In this document: positions 24,270 through 44,035 of the stretch, piece after piece
Position numbering within the stretch: position 1 is the stretch's first letter
How the letters are laid out: every line of letters begins with the position of its first letter
From: the human T2T-CHM13v2.0 reference genome, Homo sapiens
NCBI RefSeq assembly: GCF_009914755.1
Contig: NC_060940.1
DNA: 64,000 bases
Direction: 5' to 3' (one strand)
Notes under the pieces: model-generated
What the model saw: only the letters and a program-made list of their open reading frames with translations
The model's database searches: none
Told to the model about the DNA's origin: nothing
Position numbers and translations under genes: made by a program

Positions 24270-24875
24270 GTCTGCTTGGCTCTTGGGATATGTTGAGCCA
24301 GCTCTGTACCTTGCGGGCTGAGCCTGTGACAGTGACAGTCTTCCCCTTCTGCCTTCAAACTTAGCTGGTGGATAAGATGGGGCATCAGGCCAGGCCACAA
24401 ACTTTGACAGCTACGGTTGAGGGGCTGGTGTTCTGAAGGGGGTGGGGAGAGGCTGGGACTGCAGCCTTTCTCCAAGGTGAGTCCTCAGCCTCCCTCCATG
24501 CTGGGCCTGCAGGGAGGGTTGGCCTGTGGTCTGGGGGCACCTGCCAAGGGAGAGGCTGAGCTGCCGGCCTGCTGCAGGAGAACTGGCAGGGTAGGAGGCA
24601 CTGCCCCAAATGGATGCCTTCCTGGACAGCGTTAACAGGGGCGTAGTCTGGGAGCCATCTCCAGAAGGCTCCTGACAATCTGACCTCAGTCCTCAAGCTT
24701 GCATGGCCCTGCCTGGTGTCCTTTGTAGGACTTGGAGTTCTCTGGTGAGAGGCATGAAGGGAGAGAGGCAGAAGGGCAGGGTCAGGATCCCCAGGCTGGT
24801 AGGAGGATGTGGGCTGATTCCAACAAGAGCCACTTCTGTGCAGGAAGACCCGGTTTCTGATTAAAACCTAACTCA

Positions 24876-26063
<1,188 letters not shown>

Positions 26064-27436
26064 CCCAATACTGTTTTTAACTGTTAACCATCAACCTGGC
26101 TGACCTTGAGAACTGATGAAACTCAGTTTCATCCCTCAGTGCTCAGCCCTCAGTGCTGGAGGGCACTTACTCCCCCTCCCCCAGCTAAGCTGCAGATCTT
26201 TGGGCATCCAGGGCCCACTATGCCCATGCCTAAGGACTTCCCACCACAAATGGAGCAGTCGGCCATTGAGTTATAGGTGGAAATGGGGGGCAGGGACCCC
26301 TGATGCTGTCGGCCTCCCTGTAACTGTCAATTATTCCTTCTTAATGTCTCCAGTCCCTTGTGCATGCCACCATCATAGCAAAAGCCTCCTGACTTCTGGC
26401 CTCCTGTCTTGCACTTCCAATCCTCTCAATACCAGCTACCCCAACTGCTTTCTCCGACATAAATCTGATCATACACACACACAAACATCCCATATATTTG
26501 ATGTCACCCTATCCATGTCCATGGGTTAATGGCCACAGTTTCCATGGCTGAGCCTGAGTTGAGCCAGGTGAGTCTCAGACATACCGTGGTTTAGCCCTTC
26601 CACCTGAGCACCTGTGGCTTGCAGGGTTCTCGATGCTTGGTCTGAGCTGGCATCCTCCCTGCCTAGACTACCCCCTCAGTGCCAGCTCTGGCCTGCCTGT
26701 GTGCGTCCCCACAGTGCCTTCTACCTGGATCACCCCCTTCCTTTCTTCTGGCCATTTTCACTGCCCTGATTCCTTCCTGGACCCTCCAGGCCCAATTTGT
26801 TGCTCCCTGGGCTCTGGTCCCAGGTGCTTGTCTCTCTCTTCACCCGCACCCTGCACACTGGACTGTCCCTGCTAGCTGGCTTCTCTGCCTCCCCAGCTGG
26901 CCCTGGGGCTGGGAGAGCTTTGGCCCCTCTGAATCCCCACATAAAGCACAGTCCCTGCAGGTACTGGGGGAGCCCTGGCTCGCTGCTACAACCAATGAAC
27001 AGGGATATAGACGAGGTGCGGGGACACACCAAGGGCCAGACCTGCCATGGAGAAGTCACCAGCACCATTGAGGGGGCTGGATTAGGTGACCTCTAGTGAC
27101 CCCCTCACCCAGAGATGCTGGCCTCTTTCATTCTTTTCTTCTTATTTCCCCCTCAGGACAGCCTCATTGACTCAGGCATCATTCATCAGTTGTTCCTGGA
27201 ATCTGGCTGGGACAAGCGCACAGCATGTACCTTTGCCTCAGGGCACACCCAGGCCTGCAGGGTCTCCTACTGTGTGGGGAAGATGCTAGGAGCCCCTGTG
27301 GGGCTGTGGGCCAGGCCTGAGGAAGGAGCGTGCCTCAGGGTTTTCTCCGCCTGCCCCAGGGCCACTTCAGCTGAAGCTGGGAGGGGAGGGGCCCTTTAGT
27401 CTGAGAACTTAAGACAAGGAGGTACTATCTGGAATG

Positions 27437-27442
27437 TTTAAT
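27437..27442 (-). terminator. Probable FBXL9P/LRRC29 polyadenylation signal (ATTAAA)
   Basis: Variant hexamer ~450 nt past the stop on the minus strand. Confidence 0.55.
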
Positions 27443-30400
27443 CTTAGGATTTACAGCACAGACCTAGGCTCAGCTGCTGAAGCTCAGTGCACACAGGGTG
27501 CTGGGAGAGTCCCACAGGAGTAGGTGGAGCCCGGCCTTAGGTCTGAGAGGAGGGCAGGCAAGAGGCAGAGGCTCTGCTCCTCCCAGCACCAGACCCTGCC
27601 CGCTGGGGGCCTGGCCTCCCACCCAGGGCTTGGCCAGAGAGCAGGAGCCTGTGGCGGCAACACGTAGGTAGCATTTCCAGGGGCCTGTGGCAGCGACGTG
27701 TAGCTGGAAAGAGGCTACTGCCAGGCGGTGTGGCAGGATGTTCCCTCTGGGCTGCCCTGGATTGGCCCCACCCCCAGTCCTAGAGGGTCTGCAGTAGAGG
27801 GAGGCAAAAAGCAACCCGGGTCAAGGCCAGGGTTGGAGACTGGGGGAGTCAAGGAGGCTGTGCTGCAGGGCTGGTTACTGACCTGGCCTCAGAGTGTTAG
27901 GGTCAGGTCAGCCCCTCCCACGAAGCGGGACTGGACACAGGACACCTGGGGCAGCTGGGCTTGGAAGCGTCTGACGGCGGCCATGTTGATGCCAGGGCAC
28001 GTGGCCACATCCAACACCCGGAGCTGCCTGCACGCCTGCCCAATAGCATCCAGTGTCCTGTGGGGAGGCCACCTGATGAGTGCCTGGCCCGGTGTGGGAC
28101 CCAGCCCAGCCCCTGCACCGTGGCTCCATCTGCCTGGTGTCATCGGACACACTTACTGCTCTATGAGCTGACTGCAGCTGGACAGGTTGAGATGCTGCAG
28201 CCTTGGCCAGGAGCTGGCTGCCTGGGCCCAGCCCTTGTCACTGAGTCGGCTGCAGTGACTCAGCGCCAAGTGCTCCAGGCTAGGACAGCCCCTGGCCACA
28301 GCAACCAAGCCGTTGTCTGTGAGTTCTGGCAACAGGCTAAGGGACAGCTGCCTCAGCTGGAGAAACTGGAGCACCTACAAGGATGGGGAGGGTAGGGGAG
28401 AGGTAAATGCCACTGGAGCCCACAGCCTTGGCCTTTCCAGATCCTCCCACCCCAGCCAGGGCGTGACTAGAGGCAGCAGAAGCCAATGAAAAAGGAACTC
28501 CAAGGTCAACTTTTTTCCAAGCAAAAAGTGGGTTGGCCCAGACCCCTGACTTCAGCCCCCAGATCCTCAGCCTACCCGCACCCCCAGCCCCACACCTTGG
28601 CTAAACTGGCATCAGTCAGCTTGCTGCAGGCTGTGAGGTCCAACTCCTGCAGGGCCCGCAGCGTGAGCAGGGAGGGGCCCTGTGGCTCTGGACAGGCGTC
28701 CTTGGTACCTGAGGCCTGATGCTCCAGCTCTGGGCGTGACTGTGGGAAGAAGCCTTTGCTTCTCAGGTTCCTCCTGAGTTTGCCCTTAAATACTCCTACA
28801 GAGACTTGGGAGGGGCAGGAGGGCAGCTGATCCCAGGGGCCACCCCGTCCTCCAAGACCTCGAGGGTCCCACACCTGGGTCCCCTGCACAGGCTCCCCCA
28901 GCCCCCGAAGCCCCCAGTCACAGAGCTCCCTGCACCACGCCAGGCGCAGGACTGAGAGGTGGGTGAGGTAGGTGCAGATGGCCTGCAGGGTCCTGTTGGT
29001 GAGGGCCACACAGGAGGACAGGTCTAGCACCCTGAGGCTCAGGCCCAGTGCTGGGATCATGGAGAGCACTGAGGCATCCTAGGAGGGAGGAAGGGAGGAG
29101 ACAGGATGGAGCACCAGCTGGTTGCCTATGCCACCTGGCCTGGCAGGGGTAGCTAGAAAGGGTCTGTTCAAGGTTCTCACCCCACAGGCAGGAGGGAGCT
29201 ACCAGAGGGTCCAAGGAAGGAAGAAACATGGTCCCTGTGCTGGTAGTGAAAGTTGGGGGTGGACAGGGTGGGCCATGGGGGTTGCCACAGGAAAAAGGCC
29301 TGGACTGTGGCTGGGGCAGGAAGGATGCAGGTGGCAAGGCCTAGGGTGGCCACCCTGCCTATGCTCCCAGCCCCTGCCAAAAAAGTGAATGAGGCCACCT
29401 CAGACCACAGCTCACAACTGGACCAGCCAGTTGACCCTGCTAAGCCAATCGGAGTTGCTCCCTCTAGAGCTGGACGCAAAACAGTGAGATGTAGGTAGAG
29501 CTGCCAGCTGCCAGAGCAGTTAGGGACGGGGAGCAGGAGCTAAGGGCAGAGTAGAGGAGGCTGGTTTGTAGAGAGATGCACAGAGGGGAGCTTCAGGGAC
29601 ACAAGAACTTGAGGCCTGGAGGCAGCAGCTGAGAGGACACGGGGATGTTGTACTACATATCTGACGTGCTTGGTGCCAAAGAGGAGGAGTAAGGCCGGGA
29701 AGAGAGGCGCTTGGAGGGGAACAAGGTGGAGAGACGGTTTTTAGGTTGGGAATGCCCTGGTCAAATGGACAGGCTGAAGAAATAATCCGCTAAAGAGGGA
29801 CAGACTGACACTGCCAAGACAGGGGTGCCACCCAGAGGGACAGCGCTGAGCCCTGCTGACGGGCCTGGCCTTGGCTAGGAAATGACCCTGCTGCTCCTGT
29901 CACATCACCCTCGCAGGCCCCGCCCCAGCACCTTCCTCAGTGCTCCTTCCCTGCCTTCCTTGCCCATCACCCCCTTTCTTCAGCCCGCCCAGCTCCAGAA
30001 CACTCATCCTCAGCGCCCCTCCCCAGACTGCAGCGGTCGCCACACACTTGACATGTCAGCTGTTGGCTGCCTCGTGGGCTGGGCCACCTTGGCCACTTGG
30101 ACCTCCTAGGCCCAGAATGGGGGGTTTGTGGGGGGTGTGCTGGCAGCAACAGCAGCTATCTAGGCTCTTGCCCTCCTCCAGACTGGGTCCCAAGTTCATT
30201 TCTAACTGCCAATCATAGGCATGAACACTGGGGAGTCCCTCCCTGGTGCCAAAGGCCCCCCACCACCCCGCTTCCCCTCTCCCGCTGTCCTCAGCCCTGG
30301 AGAGGAAGGAAGGGGATGATGGTGTGCTCACCTTCAATGAAGAGCAGTGGGCCAGGCTGAGGGAGGCCAGCTGGGATGGAGCCCCGTGCATACAGCCCAG

Positions 30401-31939
30401 GGCCTGGGCCAGTTCCCGCCCTCGGCCATGTCGAGGCTCTGCAGCTCCTGCAGGCCACCCAGAGCTGTACATCCTGCATCTGTCAGCCGCTGCAGCTTCC
30501 CCAGGCTCAGGCGCCGCAGGTGCCGCAGGCCCCGGCTCACGGCCAAGAGCGCCCCATCAGTCAGTTCTGAGCAGCCACTGAGGTCCAGGGAGGTAAGGCC
30601 TGGTTGCTGGAAGCACAGGGTAGCCACAGCCTCTGTGGAGAGGTCCCGGCAGCTGTGCAGGCTCAGCTCCTGAAGCTGCAGCCCAGCTACCTGGCCCAGA
30701 GCCTGCAGGGCCTCGGGGGGCAAGCCAGTGCCACTCAGGTCCAGGGCACGCAGCCTGCCAGCCCGCTCTTGCACTAATCGCAGCAGGTTGCAGAAGGAGA
30801 ACTGGGCGGGAGAGGAGTCTTGGGGGCCGATGGAGCCTCAGGCTGGGCCTAGCTCGAAGGTGAGGTGGCAGTATGCCAAGGAGAGGCGCTCCAGGCTGGG
30901 GGCACAGCTGCTGAGCTGGTTGAAGCTGAGGTCAGCCAGGTCTCGCAGGCCAGCCAGGTTGAGCTCACGGAGGCCGCTCAAAGCCTGCTGGACGCTCTGT
31001 GCCATCTCTGGCTGAGCCAGCAGTGTGCCCGAGGTGAAGAGGCTATTGCAGCCACTGAGGTCAAGGACACACAGGGCTGGGCAGCCCAGGATCAGGGCCA
31101 CAGAGGAGGCCTCTGTGGGGCTGCCTCCACCCAGGGACAAGCTCTGCAGGTGTGGGCCCAGGTGGTAAGCAACAGATTGTAGCACCTGGTGTGAAGCCAG
31201 AGAGCCATCCAGGTTGGTCAGGCTGATGCAGCAGATGCCCCTGAGGCCCAGGCTCTTGATGGCCGAGAGGGAGGCAGAGGACACGGGGATGTTGTATCGC
31301 ACATCTGTCTACGGAGCAGCAGCAGGCCTGGGGGTAGCCCTCTGGCTTCAGAGGGTGCTGGGCATTGGGTTTGGTGACAAGTCACTGGCCAGAGGTTGAG
31401 GGCAGGTCAAGGAAGGGCCCTTCCACAATGGAGACCCACCATGGTGTGTGGTGTCATGTGTGGTCAAGTTGGGTATGGGTAGGAAGTGGGAGCTGGGGTT
31501 CAAAGGAGATGACCATCAGAGGAAGGCGGGAAGGTTAGCGATGGACAGGATGGGATACTGAGGGAGGGGTGGAGACAGAGTGGGGAGTTGGCATGCTGAG
31601 CACAGGAGGGCTGAGATGTGACCTAGAGGAAACCCAGTGAAGTCCCCAGGGTGTGGGAGGGCAAAGTATGCCAGACCCCAACCTTTGGGACTTTCAGAAG
31701 GAGGCCCTGAGATCCATGGACTCAGCCTCCTACTCCAGGGACTTGGCATGAGCTAAGCAGCCAGCCTCCCCCACTTTCTAGAGAGCGTAGCCCTCTGAAG
31801 AGTGGAAGGCGATAGAAGTGAGGTAGGTGTCACTCACCACAACCCTCTATGGCCCAGGTGCCAGAGGTCTGGGGCAGGCAGTGAGGCCTAAGTCCCCTGG
31901 TGGCCTGAGAGAGCCTGTCACATGAATGTTTGCAAAAAT

Positions 31940-32025
31940 GTGTTCTGTGTGTAAGCAAAAATGTGTGCATGTGCATATATGTGTGTGTGCATGTATGTGC
32001 ATGTGCATGTGTGTGTGCATGAACA
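31940..32025. repeat. Alternating purine-pyrimidine (TG/CA) microsatellite
   Basis: TGTGTGCATGTGCATATATGTGTGTG... Confidence 0.85.
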
Positions 32026-32642
32026 CGTGGAGCTGCCTGGTATTGGGCCCCGGATGCTCCAGAGTTCAAGATGTGCTTGTGATCCCTGTGGCATATCTCT
32101 GGAGGGGGCATCTATCTGTCACGGTAAGGACGCTGAAGCCTCCCATTTCCGTGGGTGGGAGCTAACAGAACACACCTCACCCGTGCCAAGGAAGTTGAGC
32201 TGGCTCTGCGTAGAGGAACAGGGGAGTGATAATGGGGAGTGCACAGCTGGAGTCAGGTGGGACCCAAGAGAAAAGCTCAGGGCTACATAGTGGGAATAAG
32301 TTGGCTTGTGCAGGCATTTAGGAGCTCCCAGCTAAGGAGATATCTTCAAAGAACTTTTCCTGATATTGCACTGGAGTGAGCCAAAGGGAAATCGGTATAA
32401 TTTGTGTGGAACAGATCTCTGGGGAGAGGGAGAAGAGGGCTTGGATTCTAAAATCCTTGCCCCATCTCCCTACCTCTTGCCCATGTTGCAGGCACGTGGT
32501 ACTCAAAGAGGGCTCTTGTTTGAATCAACATGGTCCTGATGCAGGAAAGAATCCTCCCCTAAACCTGTCTTGTCAGTAACTGCAAAAACAAGCTGCTGTT
32601 CCCTGCTGGTACCCCACAGACCATCATCAAAAGGGAATCCAA

Positions 32643-33280
<638 letters not shown>

Positions 33281-34155
33281 CTAAGAAACACAGGACTCAT
33301 TCCCAGGTGTGGAGAGGCCAGCCTGGCTTCTACCACAGAAAAGTGGCACCCATGGCTATAATGACAGGAAGGAGTGGTGTAAGAGACAGGAACCAGCTCC
33401 TGGCCTCTTTCACAGGAACCAGAGGTCAGCCAGGTTCCCCTTCCAGCCCCTACTTCTGGAACATGGTCATTCCAGATGAGAGGGGCACTCACCACAGGTC
33501 TCCTCGTGGGCAATGGATCGGGGATCTCAGGTGAAAGGTAGGCTGGGAAGATCCCAGTGTGTGAGGGTGGAGAGGGCAATAAAACATCAGAGAGGAATGG
33601 AGGGCATACCTCCAGCCATTCCCAAGCCCTGCAAGCTGAACGACTCCATCCCATGCAGATCAGAGGAAACTGGCTGGGGCAGGTGGGGCAGAGCTGGCTG
33701 TGAGGCAGCACCTCCTCCCCCAAGTCACACATCACTGAGGAACCCCTGAAAGTCCTGCAGGCCCCAGCTCCAGTGGCACAGCACCTTCAGGGGCTCAGCC
33801 TGACTTCTTTCCTTCCCTTCATTCTGGAGCCTGGCTGGCCAGGAAGGGTCTCTTCTCTCCCACTGCCTCCCTATGAACCAGGTGGACAAAAGACCTTGGA
33901 AGGCTCTGGCAATGCCCCAGGGCCCAAGTCCAGGGCTGGCTCCTGGCAGCAAGGCCACTCGATAAAGAAGCAGAGCCTGGCTTAAAGGACTTCTAGCTCT
34001 GGGGGTACGGAAGAGGCTTGAGACCATGTCCAGGCCCCACCATTTTTGCAGGTGGGATGGGAGCAGCCTCTAAGCCACCTCCCAGGTGGCTCCTGAGGTC
34101 TGCTCCTGAGGTCACCTGCTCCTGAGGTCATATGGACTTAAAACTGCAGGAGTTG

Positions 34156-35053
<898 letters not shown>

Positions 35054-38000
35054 CTACAAGTAACGTATGTACCTTTTCTGTGGGAGACCAGGGTTTTGTT
35101 GTACCTAATGAAGCCCTGAACCGAGACTGCAGGCCTGTGTACAGACTTGGAAAGCCATGTGACAGAGAAAATGGCCCTTCGTCCTGCCTAATACAGGACT
35201 CCAAAGCTACCGTGCTTGTTCTCCAGGAGGCCGTTGGGAAATGTACGCCCTGGCACCCAGGGCATTGGTCTCTAGAGAGGAGTTAGACTAGTGGGTCATA
35301 CAGAGGCTGCTCCAGGACTTCATCAATCCCTCAGGCAGGGAGGGCACAAAGAGCTCTCTTCAGCTATTGCTTCATGGGGACCAACCAGCAGAGACAACCA
35401 GGGCTCCCCCAGGAACGGACAGGGCCGGTACATATGGAGGGTGCTGCCTTTGCCGGCATCCTTATTTGAGAAAATTGGGATTAAGGGAATAGGAGGGACT
35501 GGTCAGGGAAAGTAAGTCCCCAAGACCAGCGTCCTAGCCCAGCTTGGTGAGTCACCAGCTCTAGCTGGGCCTCGGTAAGCCAGTGTCTTCCACAGCACCT
35601 AACTGGTACCTAACTGCTACTGCCTCAGTATCCACCTGCCCATGCCCGAGCCCTGGGAGATGGTTCCTGCCTGCAGGGTCCCGCAGGCGCTCTCTGGCAC
35701 ATGGTAGGGGTGATGCCAGGTACCTGTGGCCTGGCCTCCCAGTGCTCCCAGCCTAGGTGGGGCTGAGTTTCGCAGAGGCACCAAAGGGTCTTTGTCAACA
35801 TTCCTTTTTTCTTTTTCTTGTTTTTGGTTATCCCAAGGCTCTGTCATCTGTCTCTGTCCGCATTCTATCTGGAGAGCATGGTTGGCTGGAGCAGCTCCCG
35901 CTCTAAAACACTCACTCTGGCTTCCTTCTCCTTCCTCCAGCCCTGCCCAACTTGGGCTCCTCTGACTGCCCCATCTTTGCTGGGTTCCATGAGGCTTTGC
36001 CCTGTGACAACCTCTCCTCGGGGTCCTTGTTGCCCTGCCTCAGTCGTGCTGCTGTGCCCATTCTCCTGGCCCGGCCAGGGCTGGCAAGACCAGCTGCCTC
36101 CTCTGAGTCTGTACCAGGGATACAGAACTCCGCCCAGGAAGTCATGGCCTCCTTGCTCGATTCCCACCCTGCCCCAAGACTTCTCTCCAAGCCCCTCCCT
36201 CTCCAGCTCCTGGCCCTACTGATACACCCTCCCTCACCCAGGATTCTCAGGGATGGCCATCAAGTGGGAAGTCCCTCCCTTTCCCCTGTTCATGTCCACC
36301 AGCTGCCTCCAGGCAGGGCCCATCTGAACCTTCCTCCTTCTCCTGCTCTTTTGCTTCCAGAAGACTTCTTCTCCTGGCCTCCTTCTCCTGCTGCACCTTC
36401 TCCTCTGAGAACCCTGATGTTTATGCCTTTCCACTGCTCCTTCTTCAGAGGCCACAAACACCCCAGAGTCTTAAACTGCAACTAAAAGCCTCCTTTCATC
36501 CCGCACCCCTTCCTCTTGCCTCTCTTCTCTCCCCTTCCTCTACAGCCACGCTTCTTGGAAGCACACAGGCACAGGCATGCCTGCTGTCCCGCCACTCGTT
36601 GCCCCTCGCCTCACCTGCTCACCCCTCCACCCTGGCCCCCACAGGATCACGCATTCCTGGCAACAACTCCCCTCCAGCAAGGTCACCAACATGTGGGGGC
36701 TTCACCTCAGACCTCCCACAAGGGTTCTCTCTGCCATGTCACCTGCTCTGCATGGCCAGCAGCCACTCCCCTTGATGCCATCTCCACTGGGGTTCTGCAA
36801 CTCTGCCCCCCTGGCTTTCCTCCTACCTTCTAGCCTGCTCTTCTTCAGGCTCTTTTGGGGTCAACAAAGAACAGAGATCCAGTCCACAGATGAGTGGGTT
36901 CCCCATGGTTTGTTCCACCCAAGAACACACACACGTGTGCACGTGCACATATGCACACGATCTTTGTGCCCCTCCGAGTGTACCCTGGCCAACTGCATTT
37001 TGCCCCATGGGGCCATCATTCCAACCACTGTCTTTCCGATCCACATGATGTTCCTGAACGCCAGACCCCGGGAGCCAAGTGCCTGACTGGCCTCTCTCCA
37101 GAGGGCACGATGCAGCATACCCAAATCTGAACTCATCATCTCATCCTCCAACTCTGCTCCTTCTAAACTCTCCCCACCCTCTATTGAGTCACCCAAGTGG
37201 GAAATTTGGGAGTGATTCTAGAATCCTCCCTCACTCCCCACATCCACAATGACCCAAGCCCCTTCCACTTTTGTTTCCCTGATACGGTGCAATCTGTCCC
37301 TCTGCTCCAACCTCACTGCTTCTGCCCTAGTTGAAGTCCCCATACTGTATGCCAGCAGCCCGAGAGCTGCTTCCTCTAAGCTCAGACCACGCCAGCTTCC
37401 TCCTTATCAGGTCCTGGCCTCCAGTTCCTCTGGCTCCAATCCATCCTGGGTTTTGTCACCATGTGACCCTTCCAAAAGGCGATTCTGCCTGTGCTCTCCA
37501 GACCCTCTGCCAGTTCCGCACGCCTCCAGGACACAGGCTAAGCTTCCTAAGCCTGCATTCAAGCCCTTCTAGGACCCAGGCCTGCTGCTTCAGCCAAGCT
37601 CTTCCCAAGCCCGTTCCCCTTCCTCCTAGTCCTGGCTCTGGGGCTGCCACTTCTGACCATTGTCCTGTACCGCACGCCTCTGCTCAGCTGCTTTTTCTGT
37701 TCTGGGGGGGTCCCACCCCTCACTGGCTCCTATTGGTCTATTTGGCAAATGTTTATTCCTCTCTCGAGTCTCAGGCCAAGCACCTCCTTCTCCATGGAGT
37801 CTTTTCTGATCTTTTCTCTGCACCCATGATGTGCCTCACACAGACTTCAAATGCAGCACCCCAGCCTCTTTTTACTCATCTGTACTCACTACACACTCCC
37901 CAGCCCTGTGCCTTCCTCAGTTTTGCCTCGCTGGTGCCCAGCACACTGCCCGGCACAGCAGAAACATTTGAGTAAGGCTGCCCACACCCTCTCTATGTGT

Positions 38001-38434
38001 CTCTGGTAATTTTCCATCTTCCTCCTGTCCTGTGACTGCTCCAACCCTCTCTGCTGAAGCCCTGGCCTCTATGTCTCTTTTTACTCTCCTGAGACAACCT
38101 GGTCTCCAAATCCACTGAGTGAAGGGGCCGCTGAGGAAGGAGATGCCTCTGAGGAACTTCTCTGCAAATAGCTCCATGTTTCCACCCCCACCTCTCTGCT
38201 TCCTCAGGAAGAGGTGACATCCTTTTTTTCACCAAACTGATGCTGAAAAAACAAAAAAGAAAAACACACACATACACACACAAAAAAACAAAAAAAAAAA
38301 AGGGAGAGGTGATATCCTCTCCATCCTATCCCAGATCAAGCTTGGTATGTGGAAGCCTGTCCCTGCCACCATCTTCTACACCTGACCTCTCTCCTCCCCG
38401 AATCTTCACCCCTCCTCTAGTGACTCCCTGAAGC

Positions 38435-40735
<2,301 letters not shown>

Positions 40736-41486
40736 TCATTCAATCCTTTAAATGCTCTCCTGCTCTCCTGCCTTTGACGTCTGTGCCCTCCTCTCTCTGA
40801 GAGCTCCTCATTCCCCTCTTTGGGTATCTCCTCCTTTCTGTGCCCTTGGACTTGTGTCCTCTCCTGGGGCTTCTCTGTGGCCTGCTGTTCTGTGGCTCTG
40901 CATGTTCTCCCCGGGGGAAGTTACTCAGATCTGTGGCTTCAACTGCCACCTATTCTTTAATGACACTCAAATCTATATTTATTACCCAGATATTTCTCTT
41001 GAATTCCTCACTCAGAAATGCAACTACCAAGTGGATCTCAACATCTAGATCCTCACACTTCAAACTTTCAACATGTCCAAAATAAAATTCCTTTGGACAG
41101 TGAGATGAATGTCACTGTATACATAATTCAACAAAAGAATCTACTTATAGACTCATATTTAATAGGGGATAGAGGATTCCAACCAAACAGAGAAGGAGAA
41201 GATTAGATGTAAATGGTGTTCGGGCTCTTTGAAAATTAATCAGTTTAGCTTCTTACCTCATAACATAAATCTAAATAATTTTTACCAATAAAAACATTAA
41301 CACAAAAATTCAAACCAGAAAGCAGAAGAGACAGTTTTGCTGTAAACCTAAAACTGCTCTAAGTAATAGAGTCTATTTAAGAAAAACAGAAGAAAAGTGT
41401 AAAAGGGCAAGGAATCATTAAGTTTAGAAAACAATGGAAGAAGTGAAAAAGAAAAGGATGTTCAGAATCAACAACAGAGAAATTTA

Positions 41487-42935
<1,449 letters not shown>

Positions 42936-43458
42936 AGTCCATACAAATGGAATAGAAAAATACTAAGACCTTAATAGTTAAATGGATACAGAACATGAAT
43001 AAACAAAAGGGGGAAATATGAAGGGTGAACTAATGAGAAAAACAGTGCAACCTCACTAATAAACAAATCAAAATTAAAACAATGAGCCATCACTGCCTGC
43101 CTTTCAAACTAGCCCAGATGTCTGCATTCACCTCCTGGCTGGCCTCCTCCCTATGCTGTCTCACTCTCCCAGTCCACTCTGCACTGCAGAGTTCTAATAC
43201 AAATCACGCTGTGTCACTTGCCTGCCTAATGGGCTCCTTGATGGTCACCAGGAGAAAGCCAAACTCTGCTGCCTGGCACATCTGCCAGCTTGCAGCCTGA
43301 TGCCATTCTAGCCTCGCCTCCTGCCATGTCTCACTTAGTTCCAGCCAAATGGAACTTGTGTGATTGGTTCCACACCATGGTGCCTTCACTTATGCTATTA
43401 CTGATCCCAGAAGCCCAACCTTTCTTCTCATCCTGTTCCTTCAGGAAGCCTTCCCTGA

Positions 43459-43800
<342 letters not shown>

Positions 43801-43957
43801 GTCCCCGTCGAACTCTTTCTTCCCAGTGTCACAGCGCTGAGCACACGATAGCATGATCATTCATATTACTCGTCTTTCTCCTTCACTGGAATGTGAGCTC
43901 CTTAGGGAACTATGTCTTATTTATCTGTATAGCCCCAGCACTGTACCCAGAGCCAAG

Positions 43958-44035
43958 TATGTATGAATGTATGTATATATGTGTATGTATGAGCATATGA
44001 ATGGATGGATGGATGGATGGATAGATGGATGGAGA
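43958..44035. repeat. (GTAT)n/(GGAT)n tetranucleotide microsatellite
   Basis: Seen directly. Confidence 0.85.

Noticed and set aside
35600-38300. Several 100-214 aa ORFs in FBXL9P intron 2
   Set aside because: No domain or codon-pattern support; sequence resembles decayed ancient repeats.
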